DNA of 40,367 nucleotides, from NCBI GenBank assembly GCA_963804165.1, contig CAWDPO010000005.1:1-40367 (forward strand), in the 5' to 3' direction. Made by a program: the position numbers and the translations under genes. Below the pieces are notes generated by a model. It was not told the DNA's origin, ran no database searches, and worked only from the letters and a program-made list of their open reading frames with translations. This document shows, piece by piece, positions 20,178-28,901 of this stretch; within the stretch, counting starts at the first letter, position 1; each line of letters opens with the position of its first letter. Origin of the DNA: an uncultured delta proteobacterium. GTDB lineage: Bacteria > Desulfobacterota > Binatia > UBA9968.

Positions 20178-20291
20178 TGCGCACCTCGTTTCGAGCGTTA
20201 TCTATCACGCGGATAGAGATAAAAGAAAGTGTGATTTACACGGCGGAAGGACAGGTATTCGTCGAGTGAACGAACCAGATTTTTAGCCTGA

Positions 20292-20357
20292 GATTGAACT
20301 GAACGACGCTACAGTCCAATCTCGTAGGATTGAATCGTAGGAGAATACAATTCAATC
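20292..20357. repeat. Palindromic doublet element, copy 7
   Basis: GATTGAACTGAA-CGACGC-TACAGTCCAATC, 6 bp, GATTGAATCGTA-GGAGAA-TACAATTCAATC. Confidence 0.93.
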
Positions 20358-20363
20358 CTAGCG

Positions 20364-21339
20364 TTATTTGATCACCTTATCCGCTCTCACCAGCACGTTC
20401 GGCGGAATCGCTAGGCCGATTTGCTTCGCGGCTTTAAGGTTGATGATAAATTCAAACATCTTTGGTTGCTCAACGGGAATATCGGCCGGCTTCGTGCCTT
20501 TCAAGATTTTGTCGACAAAAACGGCTACGCGCTTGTAGCGTTCGGTGCGGTCGGCTCCATAGGACATCAAACCGCCGCTGACAACGAAACTTCCCTGGAC
20601 GTAAATCGCCGGCAGCCGATTTTTTGCCGCCAGCTCGACAATCCGTTCTTGATTCGACGCCCCTAACGGAGTCGAGCACGCGGCAAGAGCAGCGCTGCTC
20701 GCTTTTACCGCCTCTTTGAACGCGTTCTCATATCTGTCGGCACTGCGCACCGCCATGGAATGAAGCTGTAGCCCAAGGTTCAGGGCTGCGGTCTGCGTCT
20801 CTTTCCATTCCTGCGCGGAGCTTGGATTCTGCGGATCCCACAGGACCGCAACACGAAGCAGTTTCGGAACGGTTTCCTTGAGCAGCTCCAGCCGTTTGCC
20901 CGCCAACGCGGTTTCGACGCTGGTGAACCCCGTGATGTTTCCGCCGGGCCGCGCCAAGCTGTCAACCAGCCCCGTCGCAACCGGGTCGGTCACGTCTGTG
21001 AAAACGATGGGAATAGTCTGAGTGGCTTTTTTTAGAGCCAGGGCGCCGGGAGTTCCGGGCGTTACCAGTACGTCAACCTTGAGACGAACCAGCTCCTCGG
21101 CTAGGGCAGGAAGCTGGTCGAGCTTGTCATCCGCGAATCGATATTCAAAGGCTATGTTCTTTCCTTCAACGTAGCCAAGATCGCGGAGCATACTGACGAT
21201 AGTCTCTTGGCCGATGTTTGAAGCGCCGCGGGCTGAGAGCCAGCCGATCTTCGATACCCTGGTTTGCCGCTGCGCCTCGGCGGGCTCGAACGAGACGAGA
21301 ACCAAAGCCGTGAGCAGCCCAAGGACTTTTCTATTTCAT
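20364..21339 (-). CDS. ABC_sub_bind-family SBP (copy L)
   Basis: ORF 20364..21305. Removing one A after ATG 21339 gives the signal peptide MNRKVLGLLTALVLVSFEPAEAQ. Confidence 0.88.
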
Positions 21340-21533
21340 AGCCGTTGCCTCTTTACAGCAACGGATATGCCATAAGCCGGAGCTAATGAAAACGATAATT
21401 TTGCCAGCGCAGGAAACGGGAAGAGTCGCAATTCGACTACAGGGCGTAGCAGATTTGATTCGCTTGCGGACGGATGAAGCGACGGAAGGCGACCCACAGT
21501 CGGTAGCCGGATTAGATCAAGTTTTTTCGCCAG

Positions 21534-21563
21534 GATTGAACTGAACGACGCTTCAGTTCGATT
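21534..21563. repeat. Single palindrome unit (CGACGC type), copy 8
   Basis: GATTGAACTGAA-CGACGC-TTCAGTTCGATT. Confidence 0.93.
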
Positions 21564-21596
21564 ACGTGGGACACTTCACATAAAAAGTGCCACGGC

Positions 21597-22435
21597 TTAC
21601 TGCGCTGGCTTTGTCCCGACGGCAAATAAGGCGCGACTCACTTTATGAAAGCCACCTTCCTGTTTCAGCATCTGCAATTTTCTAAACACTTCACTCTTTG
21701 CTTGTTCGAGCGTTCCGGTGTCATTTTCTCCAATTGCCGCCGTATTCCAGCCGACCAGAGAGACAACCAAAACTCCTCCTCACATGTATAGATAAAATCG
21801 TTTTCTTCGACGGTAATGCGGATGTGTTCGAAACCGGCTTGTTGTAACGCGGTTTCTATCTGTAACGGCGTGTCAAACCTAACATCGATTTTCGCAGAAA
21901 AATCCTTTGCCGCGGGCGTCGACACAAAGGGGCGAAGCACTTCATGACACCAAGTTTGATACGGATTATCAGCGGCCCAAGTGCTGAGAGCTACCCGCCC
22001 TCCGCGCCTGAGCACACGGTAAAACTCCTGGAGAACGCACGCGGGTTCAGCGAACATCCAAAGGGCAAAGCCGCACATAACCCAATCGAACGGCGCATCC
22101 GGTAGATTCATTTGTTCAGCGTCCATATGACGGATTTCAGCGTGGCTTAGTTTTCGACTCTCGATGTCTTTAGCTGTTTCGCGTACCATGTCCGGAGAAA
22201 AGTCGATAGCGGTAACATGGCCAGTCGGTCCGACCTTTGCGGCCGCTGGAAACAACAACGCGCCTCTCCCAGCCGCTACGTCGAGCACTTTATCGCCCGA
22301 ATCCAGGTCGGCAAGATCGACCAAGCATTGACCGAAATAAGAGAAAATTTGTGGACCGATCCGGTCATAGATTGTGGCAGCCTGGCTGAACACTCGCAGG
22401 CTTTCTTCCCGCTTCTCAATACCTTTGTCAGTCAT
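21597..22435 (-). CDS. Class I SAM-dependent methyltransferase (UbiE-like), probable frameshift near C-terminus
   Basis: VLDVAAGRG, AIDFSPDM, MDAEQMNLPDAPFD, RVLRRGGR. ORF ends at 21665; an alternative-frame tail GGFHKVSRALFAVGTKPAQ* ends at 21597. Confidence 0.85.
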
Positions 22436-22620
22436 TACTACGTCCTTGCCACAGAAACAAAAGCAACAACCCGATTTTGTTGTTGCGGAGTAGCACTTAA
22501 TGATAAGGGCATATCCCAGGCCTTGAAGCTACTTATCATGAACAGAGAAGCTGACAAAAGTGTTATTTACAACAGAGGGGCAACCAGATTCGCGAGGGGG
22601 AAAAGGTAAAATCGGCCTGG

Positions 22621-22650
22621 GATTGAACTGAAGGAGAATTCAGTTCAATC
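22621..22650. repeat. Single perfect palindrome unit, copy 9
   Basis: GATTGAACTGAA-GGAGAA-TTCAGTTCAATC, with the leader on the left and CTGGCATCGC on the right. Confidence 0.96.
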
Positions 22651-22666
22651 CTGGCATCGCAGATAC

Positions 22667-22691
22667 CCCCGGACCCGCTGATTAAGAGTCA
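22667..22691 (-). other. tRNA-Lys(CTT) internal fragment, probable att remnant
   Basis: Minus strand TGACTCTTAATCAGCGGGTCCGGGG = anticodon arm, variable loop and 5' T-stem; no acceptor, D arm or T loop. Confidence 0.7.
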
Positions 22692-22931
22692 AATCCAGAG
22701 CGGACCAGAACCGAACATTGACTAGAAAACCCAAGCATTTCGAGTCCCGCTTGCTGTTTCTTCGACAGTTGAGGGTGTATGTTCTGCCCAGGTTCAGGCA
22801 CAAAACAAGCACAGCCGAACACTCAAGACGGGAACGGCCCTCGGCTTGCGAGCGGCCTTTGCCGATATTAATATCCACAAAAGCCGGTCAGTATATTACT
22901 GGTTAGCTGTACCAGAGCGAAACGATAAATT

Positions 22932-23501
22932 ATGGGTCTAGCGAGCGGTCAGGTTTCTATCGCGGACTACACAGGGGAATGGCTGGAGGCGTTTGAAGAG
23001 GAGCGCGATTGCTTGGTCACGGCGCTCGGGCCGCTCGCCCTAGCCGTTGAGCACGTCGGGAGCACCTCCGTTCCCGGACTTTGCGCAAAGCCGGTGATAG
23101 ATATCGCGATTGGCGTAACAGATCTGCTGACTGGAAAAGAGTGCGTTGCGCCGCTTTCGACCCTTAGCTACGAGTACAAAGGAGACGCAGGCATCCCAGG
23201 GAGGCACTTCTTTGCCAAAGGAAACCTGGAGAATAGGACACACTACGTCCATGTCGAGCCGCTCAACGGGGTACTCTGGCGCAACCATATTCTTTTCAGG
23301 GACTACCTGCGGTGCCATCCCGATGAGGCGGTAACCTACGGCCAATTGAAAAGAGTTCTTGCTGAGAAATTCAGTGAGGATCGTGACGCATACGCTTTAG
23401 GGAAGAACAATTACATTGAGAACATCATTAAAATTGCATCACAAGAGTATGAGCTGGATGAATCGGGGCGGTTACGCCCAAGAAACAAAAAGGACAGCTA
23501 A
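22932..23501 (+). CDS. GrpB/UPF0157-family nucleotidyltransferase-fold protein (gene cassette)
   Basis: EHVGSTSVPGLCAKPVIDI, FRDYLRCHP, Y..LK..LA, Y...K; flanked by GTTAGCTG (22902) and CAGCTAAC (23495, contains the stop). Confidence 0.9.
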   Translation: MGLASGQVSIADYTGEWLEAFEEERDCLVTALGPLALAVEHVGSTSVPGLCAKPVIDIAIGVTDLLTGKECVAPLSTLSYEYKGDAGIPGRHFFAKGNLENRTHYVHVEPLNGVLWRNHILFRDYLRCHPDEAVTYGQLKRVLAEKFSEDRDAYALGKNNYIENIIKIASQEYELDESGRLRPRNKKDS

Positions 23502-23577
23502 CCCTGTGTTGGTGCCGACGGGCCACAATCGCCACGTTTAATCTACTGCCGTGCTGGCCCCGCGGGTAAGGTAAGAC
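23496..23577 (+). other. Degenerate/truncated attC
   Basis: AGCTAAC-CCTGT-GTTGGTGCCGACGGGCCAC...GTGCTGGCCCCGCG; L'/R' are missing or degenerate (GTAAGAC). Confidence 0.55.
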
Positions 23578-23594
23578 TGAGAAACGGTAATAGC

Positions 23595-23798
23595 ATGAAC
23601 TCACAAACTACAGGATTGCGAGTTGCAAGTGTTGTGTTCGGTCTGATGGCCATCGCGCAATTGGTGCGGCTCGTGATACGCCCAGAGGTGCTCGTCGCCG
23701 GTCATTCGATGCCGTTGTGGCCAAGTGTGCTGGCCTTGATCATTTTGGGCGGTCTCAGTCTTTGGATGTGGAAACTTGCTCGCACGCCGACCAAATGA
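23595..23798 (+). CDS. Small two-TM membrane protein, probable cassette ORF
   Basis: Two hydrophobic helices in 67 aa; followed by an attC left half. Confidence 0.7.
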   Translation: MNSQTTGLRVASVVFGLMAIAQLVRLVIRPEVLVAGHSMPLWPSVLALIILGGLSLWMWKLARTPTK

Positions 23799-23814
23799 AC
23801 GAATCTCGAACCAT

Positions 23815-23866
23815 GCCTAACCCGCGCTCAACCGGGACCGCCCTCAAGCATCGCTTGCGGGTGCCC
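23815..23866 (+). other. attC left-half remnant
   Basis: GCCTAAC-CCGCG-CTCAACCGG...CAAGCATCGCTTGCGGG; no matching L'/R' downstream. Confidence 0.55.
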
Positions 23867-24913
23867 AGGATGCACAACTAGTGTCTCTGGTAAATACAGC
23901 ATCGAATGAGAATGCACCGCTGATCGAATATCAGACGTTCCGCACGGGTTGCGCGAGCGGATTGTCTTGAGTTCAACGCCTCCATAGCTCACGCCTACGC
24001 CGCTTCCCTGCTTGCCTCGTCCGCCTCGTGCGGCCTCTGCCGCCAGTTGGGCACGTAGCCGCAGTTGCGGCAATAGAACTGCTCGGGAATATTGTCGTGA
24101 CACCGTGGGCAGCTACACCCATCGTCCTTTTCGGCTTTCATTGTCTCGCCATCACTTTCAAATTTGTTTGTTTGCGTTATCCGCAGTCATCATTGCATCC
24201 GAAACTTTAGCCATACGCTCGCTCAACTCAAACATTAAGCCCCGCTTTGCTTACGATATACTTAGCGATCACAATTTCGGTCTAATATTAGACCAAAGTC
24301 AAAAAGAAACTAATGTCGTGGGAACGGAAGTCAGTGCCGTTTCATTTCAGTGTGCCAGGCAGCAAGAACAAAGTTTTGTCCACTATCGTTGTTGATAAGC
24401 TCTTGATAAATCCCCTTAGGCTGGTGGCAAAGTCGCTATCGGCGCGTGTTTCTACGAATTGCCTAAATTGTCCCCACAAAAAAGCGAGCATAATTCCTAA
24501 ACGTCCTTTCTTGAGATTGGGGCATCAAACGAATATGAAGCGATAGGAAGTTTAATGGAGAAGTATCGCGAGTCCATCGTGTTCTATGTCTACCAGAGGC
24601 GAGAGGAAACCTATTACCTGATTGGGAGGCTCGTTTACGACAGCTCCCAACTGGCACCGCTTAAAAGGAAAGTTTGGGCATCGGTAAAGGTGAATGCTTT
24701 AAATCTAGGCGACTCGTTCACCGGGAAAGATGAATTCTTAAAGCGAATTCAGGCTGTAGAACATGAGAAGCGTGACCTTTAAAGTCCGGGTACTTTTCTT
24801 CTCGTATGCGTTTTACTATAAAATCGCAAAAAAATATGAGAACAATTGGAAACTATTCGATCAGGAAAACGGTTAAATGAGTGCTCTCCAGTGTGAGATC
24901 CGAGGAGTAACCA

Positions 24914-25252
24914 ATGCAAGAGAACGAACCGATGAGCAACCCTAGGGCTGAGGTAAAGAGCCTCAAGAGCCTGTTACAGTATCAAGATAGTTCTGTTGTT
25001 AGCCGAGTTCTGCTAAAGAATTCCAGCGGTACGGTGACGTTATTTGCGTTTGCAAACGGCGAGGGGCTTAGCGAGCACACTGCCGCATTCGATGCATTCG
25101 TGATCTGTGCTGAAGGAGAAGCTGAGATACAGATATCAGGGCAGAAGTACCGACTACTGGAAGGAGAGACAATAACAATGCCAGCGAACCAGCCTCATTC
25201 AATAAAAGCAGCAAGCAATTTTAAAATGCTATTGGTTATGATCAAGACATAG
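24914..25252 (+). CDS. Cupin-domain protein
   Basis: GTVTLFAF..GEGLSEHTA, GE.I.MPANQPH, FKMLL; GAGGAG RBS. Confidence 0.9.
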   Translation: MQENEPMSNPRAEVKSLKSLLQYQDSSVVSRVLLKNSSGTVTLFAFANGEGLSEHTAAFDAFVICAEGEAEIQISGQKYRLLEGETITMPANQPHSIKAASNFKMLLVMIKT

Positions 25253-25363
25253 GCAGAATCAAACTTACTTTCCAAAATCTGCAAAAAGCCATTTGAGTGC
25301 TTGACCGATCTGTTTTCGTGGTCGCTATCACTCATTTTTGTCGTCGGAGTCATGAAAGATGAG

Positions 25364-25846
25364 CTAGGATGAAACAGTCGAGGTTTGAGACTTGCGCAGG
25401 ATTCGCCCGCTGATCTCCGATATGCGTTCGGCTTGGGCGAAATCCGAAGGCTGTCGTGGCCCTATGTTCTCGCTGATGGCCCTCTGCACATCTTTATAAA
25501 TAATTGGTTTTTGTAAACACACCTGAATACCGTGTTCTGTCAGATCGCACAATTCGGATATAGGGTGATATCCCGCCATAGCTATGATCAACACGTCGGT
25601 CCTTTTTATCGCGTGTCGTAGAATTGCTCTCCAGTCAGGCATCTCAAGGTCTACAAGTAACACGGCAAAATTCTCAACCGTGTTGAGATGGGAAATAGCC
25701 GCTTTAGGGCTGTCCGCCTGAAACACTCGATACCCATCGTAGCTCAACAGTGCAGCGAGCGCCGCCCTAGCAATCGGCTGTTTTTCGGCAACCATGACCG
25801 TGAGAGGCGTTCGCTGAGTGTCTACCGGGTTACCGTTATCATCCAT
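25364..25846 (-). CDS. Single-domain response regulator receiver (degenerate acidic pocket)
   Basis: VMVAEK...GYRVFQA...LLVDLEMP...IIAMAG...CLQKP. Confidence 0.75.
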   Translation of the reverse strand: MDDNGNPVDTQRTPLTVMVAEKQPIARAALAALLSYDGYRVFQADSPKAAISHLNTVENFAVLLVDLEMPDWRAILRHAIKRTDVLIIAMAGYHPISELCDLTEHGIQVCLQKPIIYKDVQRAISENIGPRQPSDFAQAERISEISGRILRKSQTSTVSS

Positions 25847-25852
25847 GCTCAG

Positions 25853-26170
25853 TCATTCTGATGAGGAATATCCAATTCGGCAATTTCCTTGGCGACCACA
25901 GTTGCGCTTCAACAACTCACACAATTCCTTGCAAAATTCGCTGTTCTCTAGCTGGAGAGTTCCCATATACGTCTGCCCCTCTTGATTTACGATTAAGTAA
26001 CACCTGCGGTCGTCGATCACTGACCCATAGACTTCTTCGAGAATACCCACTACCTCATCGGTTGTCGTATCGTCATGTCTCGGTATCGGCATCCACATCG
26101 GTGGCCAATGACATCGACCCCCGAAAGATATTAACGGGTGGTCGCGCAGCTTCATGTCCTCCCTCAACAC
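25853..26170 (-). CDS. Hypothetical protein
   Basis: ORF (MKLRDHPLI...WPPMW) with GAGG RBS and an upstream sigma54-like promoter. Confidence 0.6.
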   Translation of the reverse strand: MLREDMKLRDHPLISFGGRCHWPPMWMPIPRHDDTTTDEVVGILEEVYGSVIDDRRCYLIVNQEGQTYMGTLQLENSEFCKELCELLKRNCGRQGNCRIGYSSSE

Positions 26171-26188
26171 GAACCTACACGTCTCTAG

Positions 26189-26204
26189 AGCAACGATTGT
26201 GCCG
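26189..26204 (-). promoter_or_regulatory. sigma54 -24/-12 promoter motif
   Basis: Minus strand CGGCACAATCGTTGCT (GG-N10-GC). Confidence 0.65.
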
Positions 26205-26470
26205 CCGATAATCAGGGTTATTGCCGGGTAATTTGAACAATGCGAGAGAACGGGTTCTTAGGCATGCAAAAAAATCGACGATTCTTTACCAATGCTGCGA
26301 GTGAATACGGACCGACAAGGTCGATTCCAACCAACTCGACTCTACCAGCCCACGCGAACCGGCGCTCGGTTACTTAAGGCACTTTTCCACGGATAAGGAA
26401 TCCTAAACAAATCATTCCCATTGATGCGAAATTCTGCACCCTGCGAGTTGAAAATAATGAGCTATTTTAC

Positions 26471-26486
26471 CGGCATGTTACTTGCG
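26471..26486 (+). promoter_or_regulatory. sigma54 -24/-12 promoter motif
   Basis: CGGCATGTTACTTGCG (GG-N10-GC). Confidence 0.55.
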
Positions 26487-26573
26487 CTCTCCTAAAATTA
26501 GGGAGCAAGCCAGTTTCGACCTCGGTTGGTGTTTTAGGATTGCTAAATTTACCTCGATGAACCCGGAGGAAAC

Positions 26574-26861
26574 ATGACAGCCACTGCATGGGAGTTTCGC
26601 AATAAACTCTTGGCTATTTTGAGCGCGGCAAGGTATGGCGGTAAGCCTTATGTGGATGTGGAGTCGAGTAATCTATTTGCACAGCTCGGAGGCGATTCAA
26701 AGTCGAATCTTAGGATGCTGATTTGCCATGACATAATGACAAAGATGATGCGTCCGGGTGATTTGATTCTACAGGACAATGAGGACGGCGAGCGTACAAC
26801 AATGCTGATACGTTACGTTCTTAAAGCCAAGCATGAGAACGAAAAACCTCTGCACTCATAG
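26574..26861 (+). CDS. Hypothetical protein
   Basis: Strong GGAGG RBS, 95-aa ORF. Confidence 0.65.
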   Translation: MTATAWEFRNKLLAILSAARYGGKPYVDVESSNLFAQLGGDSKSNLRMLICHDIMTKMMRPGDLILQDNEDGERTTMLIRYVLKAKHENEKPLHS

Positions 26862-27051
26862 AATTCGCTCTAGCAAATATGCCAGCCGGTCGATCACGGC
26901 TAGCAAAAACGGACAGTGGAGAGCGCAAATGAAGTCCGTCGATGTAAACCTACAAAAGCTCGGTTACCGGCAGTTGGTATTTTTGCAGCGCACTATTCAG
27001 GCAGGTTCCAAGGCGAATTTGCCACACGATTAAGTATCGGAAAGGCCGCGA

Positions 27052-27306
27052 ATGGATCGATTAGAGAACAAGGATATTGGAGTGATTTGGGCACGGCACT
27101 ATCCTAAACGGGCTGAGAGCGCATCGTCAATGTCGCTCTGTGTGACGCTTACTCTGATCATAAAGCAGCGAGCCAGGGCCGTTCTTCAACACGAGGCCTG
27201 GTCCGTTAAATTACGCCATACTCTTGCAGCCACTCGTGTGCCGAAAGAGGAGTTTGAAACGTTGGAAAGTGAGTCCAAAGCTGAGTTGATACCACCGTTG
27301 CAGTGA
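27052..27306 (+). CDS. Hypothetical protein
   Basis: 84-aa ATG ORF with plausible composition; no recognised motif. Confidence 0.4.
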   Translation: MDRLENKDIGVIWARHYPKRAESASSMSLCVTLTLIIKQRARAVLQHEAWSVKLRHTLAATRVPKEEFETLESESKAELIPPLQ

Positions 27307-27335
27307 CCGCAAATCTGGATCGTCCGTGCTAACAA

Positions 27336-27857
27336 ATGGGGGTGGACAAGATGAGAGTAATATTCACATTCGCGATATGGTTACTCGCCTCATCATTGGC
27401 CCTGGCGCAGGATACAAGAATCCGTGTCGCTGTGTCCCATTCAGGTTATGATAAAGTGGGCCAGCAACTTGCCTTCGCTTTAAAAGAGGCTATTCGCGGC
27501 TCGCGTTCTTTTCGTTTTGTTGATCACGAAATAGGCCCAACTTCTCCAAGAATTGTGGTTTATCTCGTAAGTATCGATTCCGACGTTAGTGGAGTCAACG
27601 CCGCCATTTCTAACGCCATTATTTATGATCATGTTTCCATACCGGGCTGGGGAATAATTCTGTCGTTAGGAGTTCAATCCTGCAGTCAAGATCGCGTTGA
27701 GACTTGCGCAAAGGAAATTCTGCCGAACATTGATTCGGGTGTTGAAGCTTTACGCAGGGGTTGGCCGGATCTGTGGAGGAGTCTCGTAACGGACGAGGAT
27801 AGATATACAGAGGGACAAACGCCTGAACGACGGCCCCTCTTTTTCGTTTCGAGCTAA
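27336..27857 (+). CDS. Hypothetical secreted protein
   Basis: Signal peptide MRVIFTFAIWLLASSLALA-QD. Confidence 0.65.
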   Translation: MGVDKMRVIFTFAIWLLASSLALAQDTRIRVAVSHSGYDKVGQQLAFALKEAIRGSRSFRFVDHEIGPTSPRIVVYLVSIDSDVSGVNAAISNAIIYDHVSIPGWGIILSLGVQSCSQDRVETCAKEILPNIDSGVEALRRGWPDLWRSLVTDEDRYTEGQTPERRPLFFVSS

Positions 27858-28140
27858 CCGCTAGGATCAGCGGAAATGAAAAACCCGCCAAAAGCTCGGG
27901 CAATATTTGATCTCCCGATTCTACGCGCCAGTGACGAGGGCAGGTGCTCGCAGTTTTCAGTGGACTCAATCTTTAACTCGATGATGTACCTTCCTAAGGC
28001 CGAACTCGAAATGGCTGAATAAGATGAGGTCACGCGCCCCATTCGATATGCCGCTTCGCATTCTCGCCAATTGGTTTATCAAATATTGGAAACAGCACGT
28101 GTCCTCATAAAGAATTACCAACGAAAAGGCGCACCCAATT

Positions 28141-28156
28141 TGGCACAGTATAAGCA
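28141..28156 (+). promoter_or_regulatory. sigma54-like -24/-12 motif
   Basis: TGGCACAGTATAAGCA (GG-N10-GC), 30 bp before ATG 28186. Confidence 0.5.
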
Positions 28157-28185
28157 TTGAGAGGCCATTTTTGTTGGAGGTAGGA

Positions 28186-28413
28186 ATGGAACTCAAAACG
28201 CCGAGCGGTAGAGTAATCGATCCCAACAGCATCGATTATATCTTTTGGGGAAAAGGGGTCACTGGCATCCCAGGGATTTTAGTTCAGTTAAAAACTGGTG
28301 ACGAGGTGTTTTTGGAGAACTCAGAAGAGGAAGTTATAGACGAGATGAGCAAAGCTACCGAACAATCAGCGGCAGATTGCGCAGTAGAATCAACTTTCCA
28401 CGAGGTTTTTTAG
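28186..28413 (+). CDS. Hypothetical acidic protein
   Basis: GGAGGT RBS before MELKTPSG. Confidence 0.6.
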   Translation: MELKTPSGRVIDPNSIDYIFWGKGVTGIPGILVQLKTGDEVFLENSEEEVIDEMSKATEQSAADCAVESTFHEVF

Positions 28414-28901
28414 TCCTCATACTGTAACTATGCACCGACGTGTCTGAAAGCGTTCTGGTTGCCTGATGGGCCGGATCTGCCGCGTATGCCGGCCATGCGC
28501 TAGAGAATAGCGGATAGACGGGGTTTTTGCCTGCGAATTCGCGGGATTCGATCTGGCAGACGTGAATGGATTCGTTTTTTTTCATCTAACTTTTCTGTAA
28601 ATAAATTCATCTGTAATTACATGTGCTTGCACGCGCTAAGAGAATTGACAATCCTCGTGTCGGTGGGATTTGTCTCGGTCAGAAAACTAAAGAGATCACT
28701 GGCTGTGATGCACTGATGGGCAAACTTGATTGGGAATCAAGTTCGTTCGCGGTCAGGCTATGTGACACAGGCGCGGCCCTGCCAAGCTGCTATCCTGATG
28801 GGAACCGCTGATATTCAATCAGCAGACCATTTCTATTCGATGTACCTTCCCGATGGATGTTTGGATGTTCGAGACGTAGCGTCAAAATCGGCAATCTAAA
28901 A

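Noticed and set aside
1114-22650. Palindromic repeats as a CRISPR array
   Set aside because: Copies are kilobases apart, the two units of a doublet are only 6-8 bp apart, and there are no cas genes.
22667-22691. Functional tRNA gene
   Set aside because: Only the anticodon arm to 5' T-stem is present; no cloverleaf is possible.
23972-24052. GTTCAAC...GTTGGGC as another attC
   Set aside because: Core-like heptamers are present but the interior shows no L''/L' pairing.
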